Shown here: in pieces, positions 33,837 through 41,750 of the stretch
Position numbering within the stretch: the stretch's first letter is position 1
How the letters are laid out: the number at the start of each line of letters is the position of its first letter
Source of the DNA: a virus
Lineage: Duplodnaviria; Caudoviricetes
DNA: 46,323 nt
IMG/VR virus record: IMGVR_UViG_3300012347_000178
Location: 1 to 46,323 of that record
Direction: 5' to 3' (one strand)
Notes under the pieces: model-generated
Told to the model about the DNA's origin: nothing
Seen by the model: only the letters and a program-made list of their open reading frames with translations
Database searches by the model: none
Made by a program: the position numbers and the translations under genes

Positions 33837-34310
33837 ATGGCGTGGTCATATGATGCTTCTAACTTGAACACTACGACTGCCTCTGGTCGTCTCAATACTG
33901 TACGTTTGATTGTTGGCGATACAGACAGTTCTGATGAACTCATTCAGAATGAAGAAATTGCTTTCGCTCTTGAACAAAGCAACAACAACGTCTACTATGC
34001 TGGTTCACTTGTCTGTCGTTTAATTGCTGCTAAATACAGTCGTCTTATTGACACTACTCTTGATAATGCCATTAGTGCAAAGTATAGCACAAGGGCTAAA
34101 CAGTATCAACAACTGGCCTCTCAGATTGAGAACCAAGCAAAGAAAGCCTCTGGCAAGTCTATCGGGGTATTTGCTGGTGGCATCTTGAAGACTGACATGC
34201 TGGCTGCTAATGAAGACACAACTCGTGTTAAGCCTGCTTTTGGTGTTAACCAATTCGATAACGTAGAGGCGGGTGGTTACTACATCCCCGATGATCCGAA
34301 TGGCATTTGA
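33837..34310 (+). CDS. Head-tail adaptor
   Basis: WSY..VRLIVGDTD....IQNEEI pattern; synteny. Confidence 0.75.
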   Translation: MAWSYDASNLNTTTASGRLNTVRLIVGDTDSSDELIQNEEIAFALEQSNNNVYYAGSLVCRLIAAKYSRLIDTTLDNAISAKYSTRAKQYQQLASQIENQAKKASGKSIGVFAGGILKTDMLAANEDTTRVKPAFGVNQFDNVEAGGYYIPDDPNGI

Positions 34311-34659
34311 CACATACACACTGAATATGTTGCTCAAAGAGCATGGTACGACTGTTGTGCTTCGTAAACAAGCAGAAAGTGCCTACAACAACGACACAGG
34401 GACAGTTACCACAACTGCTACAGACTACTCTGTTAGGGCTTACTTCTTCGACTACAAAGTGGATGAAATCAACTCTGATTCGATCCTGAATGGTGATCGT
34501 CGTGTTGTTATCAGTGGCAAACTGACCAATGGTTCAACAACTCCCAAACCAGATGCTTCTGACCAAATCATCAATGGTGATACTCTGGACATTATCAGTG
34601 TCTTTGAAGTTAGGTCTGGTAGCAAGGTGTTGTTCTACACTGCACAAGTGAGGGATTGA
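34300..34659 (+). CDS. Head closure protein
   Basis: YN..TG, I..GDRRV, P...D.I; synteny. Confidence 0.7.
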   Translation: MAFDTYTLNMLLKEHGTTVVLRKQAESAYNNDTGTVTTTATDYSVRAYFFDYKVDEINSDSILNGDRRVVISGKLTNGSTTPKPDASDQIINGDTLDIISVFEVRSGSKVLFYTAQVRD

Positions 34660-34660
34660 T

Positions 34661-35119
34661 ATGGCACTCAACAGAGGTATTGGCGTATCTTTTACGAACC
34701 AACTTCGTAAAGTTGAGAGCGATCTTGATGAAGTCCGTACCTTGTTTCTAACAAAGATGGCTACAGAAGTTGTTACAACCTCTCCTGTTGATACTGGTAC
34801 ATACGTCATGTCTCATAATGTTGGTGAGATTTCTGCTGCTGGTCAATTCACAGGCAATATTAAATATATTGGACCACCTAATCAAAACAAACAAGCTATG
34901 CAACAAGCAGCTTTGAACAAAGTTCTTGCTCAAATTGCAAGTCTTCCTAAGAGCCAAACAAGAGTTAGCTTGTCCAACAATTCTGCACATGCTAACATTG
35001 TAGAGTTTGGTGGCAATATGTGGAAAACTAGGGGCGGATATTACATTTACGATGCTGTCCAAAACAGAGCGCCTATACTTTTGAAAGACGCTATACAAGA
35101 GGTAAAGGCTAGACAATGA
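34661..35119 (+). CDS. HK97 gp10-like neck/tail completion protein
   Basis: SPVDTG and NN..HA..VEFG motifs. Confidence 0.75.
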   Translation: MALNRGIGVSFTNQLRKVESDLDEVRTLFLTKMATEVVTTSPVDTGTYVMSHNVGEISAAGQFTGNIKYIGPPNQNKQAMQQAALNKVLAQIASLPKSQTRVSLSNNSAHANIVEFGGNMWKTRGGYYIYDAVQNRAPILLKDAIQEVKARQ

Positions 35120-35538
35120 CAATCCTTAATGACATTCGTGCTTGTCTAGATACGCACTTGACCAACACTGTGGGTATCCCACAAATTGCTAGGCAAAACG
35201 TTCCGTACAAACCTACAAACGGTGTGCCATATGTTCAAGGCACTTTGGTTCCTACTTCTATCCGTCCTGCTGTTCGTGGTCTAAATCCTCAGAAACGATA
35301 CGATGGTATCTACAGCATCTTGGTTGCTACTCCCGAAGGTCTTGGCTCTGGTGCTGGTTACGACTACGCTGACCTTCTATTAGACAGATTTGGGGCTACT
35401 ACTGACATTAGCTACACTAACCCGTCAACAAGCGAAACCCTCATTCTTTCTATTGATTACTCCGAAGTCAGGACAAGTTTCCTTGACCCACCCTTCTACT
35501 ACACACCTGTTACCGTTGCTTGGTACATTTATCACTGA
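35116..35538 (+). CDS. Tail terminator protein
   Basis: Directly before the tail tube gene; G.Y.I...P.G.G.G pattern. Confidence 0.75.
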   Translation: MTILNDIRACLDTHLTNTVGIPQIARQNVPYKPTNGVPYVQGTLVPTSIRPAVRGLNPQKRYDGIYSILVATPEGLGSGAGYDYADLLLDRFGATTDISYTNPSTSETLILSIDYSEVRTSFLDPPFYYTPVTVAWYIYH

Positions 35539-35553
35539 TAAAGGAAACTGAAT

Positions 35554-36477
35554 ATGCCCTTCTCCCAAGGTAGCCGCTCTGGCTTGTCGTATGTTGCTGA
35601 AACTGTCTTTGGCACAACTCCCGCTACACCGTCTCTGATCCAACTGCCCTACACGACACATTCGCTTGATCTGACTAAAGATCGTGTGACAGGTAATGAT
35701 ATTCAGCCTGACCGTATGCCTCGTGTTGATCGTCATGGCAACCGTACAATGTCTGGTGATATTGTTGCTGACCTTCGTAAAGCAGACTACGATCCGTTCT
35801 TTGAATCAGCCTTCATGAACACCTTCTCGACTAACGTGTTGAAGATTGGCACGACACCGAAATCCTTCTCCATTGAAGATGCTGCTACAGACATTGCTCA
35901 GTTCCGTCTGTTCACTGGTGCTACTGTTTCGTCTCTTGCTGTTTCGATCCGTCCGAACCAAATGGTTACTGGCACGTTCAGCATGATTGGCAAGAACATG
36001 TCTATCTCTGGCACATCTGTTGATGCTGTCAAGACTGCTTCTTCGACCAACCAGCCGTTTGATGCTTACTCTGGTACGCTCAAGATTGCTGATGCTGGTG
36101 GTGTGTTGGCTTCGTCTGCTATCGTGACAGGTTTCGACTTCACTCTGAATAACGCTCTGGCCCCCACGTTTGTTGTTGGTTCTAACACCACACCGCAACT
36201 GGAATATGGCATGGCGACAGTTGAAGGTACGATTACTGCCTACTTTGAAGATGCAGCCCTGATTAACCGCTTCCTGAACGAAACACAAACCGCTCTGGAA
36301 GTTTCGGTTGACGACCCTACTGGTTCTTCGGATTACACCTTCCTGTTCCCGCGAGTTAAGATCAATGGTGCTTCGGTTCCTGTTGACAATCCGACTTCGC
36401 GTATCATCACATTGCCGTTTGTTGCTCTGTACGATACTACAGAAGCTACGAACATTAAACTTACTCGCTCTGTGTAA
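35554..36477 (+). CDS. Major tail tube protein (siphovirus)
   Basis: YVAETVFGTTPATP, SFSIE, EGTITAYFED; no sheath gene present. Confidence 0.88.
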   Translation: MPFSQGSRSGLSYVAETVFGTTPATPSLIQLPYTTHSLDLTKDRVTGNDIQPDRMPRVDRHGNRTMSGDIVADLRKADYDPFFESAFMNTFSTNVLKIGTTPKSFSIEDAATDIAQFRLFTGATVSSLAVSIRPNQMVTGTFSMIGKNMSISGTSVDAVKTASSTNQPFDAYSGTLKIADAGGVLASSAIVTGFDFTLNNALAPTFVVGSNTTPQLEYGMATVEGTITAYFEDAALINRFLNETQTALEVSVDDPTGSSDYTFLFPRVKINGASVPVDNPTSRIITLPFVALYDTTEATNIKLTRSV

Positions 36478-36524
36478 GTAACAATCCCGCAAGGGTAAGA
36501 AATCCTCGCTTCGCTGCGTGGGTA

Positions 36525-36557
36525 GGGTGGGCTGGCTTGTCGGGGGTTGGCTCACCC
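36525..36557 (+). promoter_or_regulatory. RNA hairpin with 9-nt loop UUGUCGGGG (candidate translational control element)
   Basis: 12-bp stem with four G-U pairs; loop complementary to 36568-36576 and 36680-36688. Confidence 0.6.
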
Positions 36558-36687
36558 GCTATAATTTTCCCGATAATATCACCTGTAAGCGATAAACAAC
36601 AAATATAGCTTACGGATCATAAATGAACCCTTAAATGCCCATATGATCTACATATGAACCATTAATTAACCATAGGACATCCCGACA

Positions 36688-37086
36688 ATGGACCTTTCCA
36701 AACTGATCCCGACTGACGATTGCATTACTGTTTCGATCAAGCATCCTGTGACTGACGAACCTCTGACCAAAGATGATGGCAAAGAAATGACCATCACTGT
36801 CTACGCTCCCCATTCGTCTGCATACAAAGCCGTTGTGCATGAGCAGACAAACAAGCGTATCCAGAAAGCCGCCAAAGGTAAGAAGATTGCCTTTACTGCG
36901 GAAGACATTGAAATGGCTACGCTTGAACTTCTGGCAAAGACTACCAAAGAGTGGGCAATCCAGCTTAATGGCAAGTCTCCTAAATTCTCGTATGATGAGG
37001 CTCTTGACCTCTATAGTAAACTCCCTTGGCTTAAGCAACAGGTACTTGAAGCGCAAGAGGATTACAACGCTTTTTTGAAGGGCTGA
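36688..37086 (+). CDS. Tail assembly chaperone (gpG-like)
   Basis: Between tail tube and TMP; HPVT.EPL; ends at a slippery site. Confidence 0.85.
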   Translation: MDLSKLIPTDDCITVSIKHPVTDEPLTKDDGKEMTITVYAPHSSAYKAVVHEQTNKRIQKAAKGKKIAFTAEDIEMATLELLAKTTKEWAIQLNGKSPKFSYDEALDLYSKLPWLKQQVLEAQEDYNAFLKG

Positions 37087-37430
37087 TCCTTGATCTAGGT
37101 GAATATGCAGAGTTTGAGTTCAAACTTTCTATTCCCGACAAAGACGGTGTAACTGAGAAAGAGCATCTACAAGAAGTGGAAAGGCAGTCTGGACGCACTC
37201 CAAAGGCTCTACAGGGACCAGAGTTTCCTGAGTTAATGGATTACGTCTGGACTGCTTTTTTGTTGCTCAATCAGACCCGTGGTCAAGGATTCAATGGACC
37301 TTTACCAATCAGTTACCAAGAGATTGATGCTTGGCAACGAATGACACAGAACACGTTGTTGCCTTGGGAAGTCGAGGCGATCAAAAGACTAGATGCAATT
37401 TACTTGAGGGTTGTTAGCAAAAATGGCTGA
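37071..37430 (+). CDS. -1 frameshift extension of the tail chaperone (gpGT-like)
   Basis: T TTT TTG heptamer at 37071-37077; the -1 frame is open through to 37430. Confidence 0.8.
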   Translation, partial: FFEGLILDLGEYAEFEFKLSIPDKDGVTEKEHLQEVERQSGRTPKALQGPEFPELMDYVWTAFLLLNQTRGQGFNGPLPISYQEIDAWQRMTQNTLLPWEVEAIKRLDAIYLRVVSKNG

Positions 37431-39558
37431 TCTTGTTGTAACTACAGACTTTACTCAGGTCAACAACCTGAACACTGCCCTCAAGTCCACTGACACTATT
37501 TTCGTCAAAGCTGTTGATGCTGTACTTCGTGAGAGCAATCGTTTTAACAGGGTTTCCAAAGTTCTTGCAAAGACTACAGAAGAAACCCTTGCTGTCATTG
37601 AAGCTGCTGAAACTATTGCTGCTACAAAAATCCAGCAAGAGTCCCTTAAGCGTGAGAAAGCCCGTGTCAGGGAAGCTGCTGCTGCTGAACGTGAAGCTAA
37701 ACGTATCGAAGCTGCTGCAAAGAAAGCTGCTGATGCAGAAGCTAAACTTGCACAAGAAATCGCTAAGAACCAAGCCATTTCTGCACAGAAGTTTACCTCT
37801 GGTTTGAACCAAAGGACTGGTGTAACTGGTGCCTCTGCTATGCAGTCTGGTGCATCTTTCTCGGCTATGGACCAAGAGATTGAACGTCTTCGTCAAAAGT
37901 ATGACAAGATTTACTCTGCTTCTCGCTTGTATGAACAACAGCTTGAAGAACTTAATCGCGCACATATGCTTGGCGTGACTTCTGTGAGACAACATGAGGC
38001 TGCTATTGAACGGTTGAATGTCGAATATCAACAGTTCTCTAATGCTGCGGAAGGGGCTTTCCTTGCCAACAACCGCTTCAGTCAACACGTTAATCAAGCT
38101 GGCCGTGGGCTTAACAACTTTGGTTTTATCTCCCAACAGGTTGGTTATCAGGTTGGTGACTTCTTTGTTCAAATCCAATCTGGAACAAACGCTTTTGTTG
38201 CTTTTGGGCAACAGGCCACTCAGCTTGCTGGTTTGATCCCCGGTATCTATGGTGCTATTGCAGGTATTGGTATCTCCCTTGTTACAGCCTTTTTGGCTTA
38301 CAAAGATCGTTCCTCTGAGGCTGTCCAAGAGACTAAGAACTTTGAAACAGCCCTCAAATCTCTGGAAGATCAAACAAGGGCAACCAAAGATGAAATCCTT
38401 GCTCTTGCTATGGGGTATCAAACTTCTTCCCAAGGTGCTGTGCTAAGTAAAATCATTGATTTGGAAATGCAAGCCTCTGATCTTAGAAAAGAAGCTATGC
38501 AAGAAGAAGGGCTTATTGCACAAGATCGTGCAAACCAAGCTGTTGCTCTTGAAGCTGAAGCACAAAAACTTAGGCAAACTCTTGAAAAACAAAAGGCTCT
38601 TGAAGAACAACTTCTAACCTTGAAGAACAATCAAGAACTGAAAGCTAAGGCTATTAAGGATACGACAGATACCCTTAAGAGTGTCATGCAGACAATTTCT
38701 ACAATGGACTTGTCTGGACCTTTCAAGAACATGCTTGGGCCTATCCAAGCAGCTATTGACAAAGCGAAAGAACTTGCTGCAAATAGTGGTGGCATGGTTT
38801 CGGGGCCTGCCTCTAGCAATATCAACGGCCTTGGTAATTTGAACTTGCCTCTTGGTATGGTTCCACCCGCTCTTGGTGGTATTGCACCCTCTAGTTCAAA
38901 TCGTCCTAAGCCTAAGCCTACAGACATTGACTTTGGGTACTATCCTGATACCAAAACAGGTGGTGGTTCTCGTCGTGAAAACCAACTTCGCAAGGAAATC
39001 TCTTTGGTTAAAGAGTTGACCCAAGCAGAGAAGGATCGTCAAACGATTGTCCAATCTGTGCAGTCTTCCCTTGAAGATGGTTTCATGGCTATGGTTGATG
39101 GGACTAAATCTGTAACAGACTCCTTCAAGTCTATGGCTAGGGACATCATCAAAGAACTGTATCGAGTGCTTGTTGTTCAACGGATGGTTGGTGGCATCAC
39201 AAGTGCCTTTGGCCCTCTAACTGGACCTTCTACTGGTTCGTTTGGTTTGCCGTTTGGTAACACTCGCGCTTCTGGTGGTTCTATGATGGGCAACACGCCT
39301 TACCTTGTTGGTGAACATGGCCCTGAATTGGTCATCCCTCGCCACTCTGGTACTGTTGTCAATGCCAACCAAACTGCTAATGCTCTTGGTGGTTCTGGTT
39401 CTGTCACTGTCCAAAACAACATCACTGTCACAGGTAGCGATGCTGCAATGGTTAGGGCAGAGGTTGCTAAGATGATCCCCCAAATCACCAATGCTACAAA
39501 GGCTGCGGTTATTGATGCTAAACAACGTGGTGGTCAGATGGCTGCTGCTTTCCGTTAA
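37423..39558 (+). CDS. Tape measure protein
   Basis: Ala-rich coiled coil; QQVGYQVGDFFVQ..QQATQL; YLVGEHGPEL..P C-terminus. Confidence 0.92.
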   Translation: MADLVVTTDFTQVNNLNTALKSTDTIFVKAVDAVLRESNRFNRVSKVLAKTTEETLAVIEAAETIAATKIQQESLKREKARVREAAAAEREAKRIEAAAKKAADAEAKLAQEIAKNQAISAQKFTSGLNQRTGVTGASAMQSGASFSAMDQEIERLRQKYDKIYSASRLYEQQLEELNRAHMLGVTSVRQHEAAIERLNVEYQQFSNAAEGAFLANNRFSQHVNQAGRGLNNFGFISQQVGYQVGDFFVQIQSGTNAFVAFGQQATQLAGLIPGIYGAIAGIGISLVTAFLAYKDRSSEAVQETKNFETALKSLEDQTRATKDEILALAMGYQTSSQGAVLSKIIDLEMQASDLRKEAMQEEGLIAQDRANQAVALEAEAQKLRQTLEKQKALEEQLLTLKNNQELKAKAIKDTTDTLKSVMQTISTMDLSGPFKNMLGPIQAAIDKAKELAANSGGMVSGPASSNINGLGNLNLPLGMVPPALGGIAPSSSNRPKPKPTDIDFGYYPDTKTGGGSRRENQLRKEISLVKELTQAEKDRQTIVQSVQSSLEDGFMAMVDGTKSVTDSFKSMARDIIKELYRVLVVQRMVGGITSAFGPLTGPSTGSFGLPFGNTRASGGSMMGNTPYLVGEHGPELVIPRHSGTVVNANQTANALGGSGSVTVQNNITVTGSDAAMVRAEVAKMIPQITNATKAAVIDAKQRGGQMAAAFR

Positions 39559-39567
39559 GAGGTTAAG

Positions 39568-40725
39568 ATGGCTATTACATATCCCTTGAACACCCCGACT
39601 AACATTGGGATTGCAAACATCACCCTCATGGCTGAAAATGCTGTTGCTGTTAGCCAATCTCCGTTTACCTTCGCACAACAAGTTGTAGCCCATCCCGGTC
39701 AAAGGTGGGCTGCTTCTGTTTCCCTTCCGCCCATGAAAAGGGTGGATGCTGAGAACTGGATTGCGTTCCTGCTTAGTCTTAAAGGCCAAGTGGGAACCTT
39801 CCTTCTCGGTGATCCCAATGCGGTAAATGACCAAGGTATTGCTGCTGCACGTAGGAACCTTCTAACCTACACAGAACAGTTTAGCAATGCTGCTTGGACT
39901 AAGACACGCTCCACTATTGCCATTGATAGTATTGTTGCTCCTGATGGCACTACAACGGCAGACACCTTGATTGAAGACACTTCTAGCTCAACACACTTGA
40001 TTACAAGAACTCTGTCTTACACGGCTGGTGTTACTTACACATATTCTATCTATGTGAAAGCACAATCCACTCGAAACATCCGTTTGGACTTCCCAACTAC
40101 ACCTTTTGGCGGTACTTCTGCTGGCTTCTTTGATGCTACAACTGGTGCTGTCACTAGCGTAAACGGTGTAACTGCGACCTCAACAAACGTTGGTAATGGC
40201 TGGTATAGGTTCTCTATCACAAAGACTGCTACAGTTACAGGATCAGGTACTATCTTTGCTTACCTGATTTCAGGTGCAACAACAGTAAGTTACACTGGTG
40301 ATGGTGTCTCTGGTGTGTATATCTGGGGCGCGCAAGTCGAAGAAGGTTCTTCTGCAAGTGCTTATCAGGGTGTTGTTGATGCCTTTGGTCCATTGGTCAA
40401 TGGTGCAGGACAAACAGGTAACACTTTGAATATTGATGGTTGTAGTCCAAACACTATTGGTTGGTTCGCTCCCGGTGACTACATCCAACTTGGTACTGGT
40501 TCTGGTACACAGTTGTACAAGGTTCTGACAAGAGTTGACACAAACAATTCTGGTCAAGCAACACTAGATATTTGGCCTAACCTTCGTAGTTCTCCTGCTG
40601 ATAATGCACCTGTTGTATTCACCGATACAAAAGGTCGGTTTAGGTTGAAGGACAACATTGCTCAGTGGCAAATCAACGAAATCAGTTCTTACGGCATTAC
40701 CTTTGACTGCGTGGAGGCGCTATGA
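39568..40725 (+). CDS. Distal tail protein with an inserted carbohydrate-binding-like domain
   Basis: SPFT..Q, W.ASVSLPPM, L.G....F N-part; insert RNLL.YTEQF..WGAQVEEG; PNLR C-part. Confidence 0.75.
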   Translation: MAITYPLNTPTNIGIANITLMAENAVAVSQSPFTFAQQVVAHPGQRWAASVSLPPMKRVDAENWIAFLLSLKGQVGTFLLGDPNAVNDQGIAAARRNLLTYTEQFSNAAWTKTRSTIAIDSIVAPDGTTTADTLIEDTSSSTHLITRTLSYTAGVTYTYSIYVKAQSTRNIRLDFPTTPFGGTSAGFFDATTGAVTSVNGVTATSTNVGNGWYRFSITKTATVTGSGTIFAYLISGATTVSYTGDGVSGVYIWGAQVEEGSSASAYQGVVDAFGPLVNGAGQTGNTLNIDGCSPNTIGWFAPGDYIQLGTGSGTQLYKVLTRVDTNNSGQATLDIWPNLRSSPADNAPVVFTDTKGRFRLKDNIAQWQINEISSYGITFDCVEAL

Positions 40726-41279
40726 CAAGATCACTAACAACAAGCGTCTCTACTGGTATTGCACAGACTGTTGTTGAACCTTTCTTCGCTATTGACCTTG
40801 ATCTAGCCTCTGGACCAATCTATATGTGGTCAGGTTATGGTGACTTGGTGATCGGCTCTAAGACGTATCTTGGGGCTGGTCAACTTCTGAACATTTCCAC
40901 TGTTGAAGAAACTACAGAGATTGAGGCAAAGGGTGCTACTATCACGCTTAGTGGCATCCCTTCCAGTTTCCTTTCTTTAGCTTTGGCAGAACAATATCAG
41001 GGCCGTGAGTGCAGAATTTACTTTGGGATGACTTCCAACCCAAGCGACTATATGGAAGTCTTCACTGGTGAACTTGACCAGATGAACATCAGCGAAGATG
41101 CAACAACGTCAACGATTGCCGTTACTGCTGAAAACGTGTTGATTAAACTTGAACGTCCTGTTGTAAGGCGTTTCACTAACCAAGACCAACAATCTAGATA
41201 CCCCGGTGATCTTGGTTTAGAGTTTGTTGCTTCCTTGCAAGACAAGGAAATCTATTGGGGTCGTACCGCAGCACAATAA
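40722..41279 (+). CDS. Tail tip/hub protein
   Basis: WSGYGDL..Y.GAG.LL, DQ..RYPGD.G.EFV; synteny. Confidence 0.75.
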   Translation: MTRSLTTSVSTGIAQTVVEPFFAIDLDLASGPIYMWSGYGDLVIGSKTYLGAGQLLNISTVEETTEIEAKGATITLSGIPSSFLSLALAEQYQGRECRIYFGMTSNPSDYMEVFTGELDQMNISEDATTSTIAVTAENVLIKLERPVVRRFTNQDQQSRYPGDLGLEFVASLQDKEIYWGRTAAQ

Positions 41280-41293
41280 GGAAGGCACCCGAC

Positions 41294-41749
41294 ATGCCTA
41301 TTACTTACCAACAAGAGTTTCTTGTATCTTGCCAACCTGAGATAGAGGAACTTCTTAAGGACCATTGGAAAGAAGTTTCTTTTGACAACAGTTTTGAACT
41401 AGACCCTGATTGGGATGTCTACTCAGAGTTGGAAATTGCAGGAAGCCTTAAGATTTTTACAGCTAGGTTTGAAGGTAAACTTGTCGGGTACTTTGTAGCA
41501 ATCTGTCACAAAGATTTGCACCACAAATCGAAGAAGTTTGCTTACAACGATTCGCTATATCTCAGCAAGGGGTATAGAAAAGGCTTTACTGGCTCCAAAC
41601 TAATCAAGTTTGCAGAGAAATGCCTTAAAGAAGATGGTGTTGAAGTTTTGAGGGTATCCACAAAAACCTTAAGACCTTTCGATGCTCTGTTGTTTTGGTT
41701 GGGCTACAGGCATGAAGAAAGCACCTACATCAAATATTTAAGAGGTTGA
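41294..41749 (+). CDS. GNAT-family acetyltransferase
   Basis: GKLVGYF..DSLYLSKGYRKG.TG.KLIKFAE..LGY pattern. Confidence 0.75.
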   Translation: MPITYQQEFLVSCQPEIEELLKDHWKEVSFDNSFELDPDWDVYSELEIAGSLKIFTARFEGKLVGYFVAICHKDLHHKSKKFAYNDSLYLSKGYRKGFTGSKLIKFAEKCLKEDGVEVLRVSTKTLRPFDALLFWLGYRHEESTYIKYLRG

Positions 41750-41750
41750 C

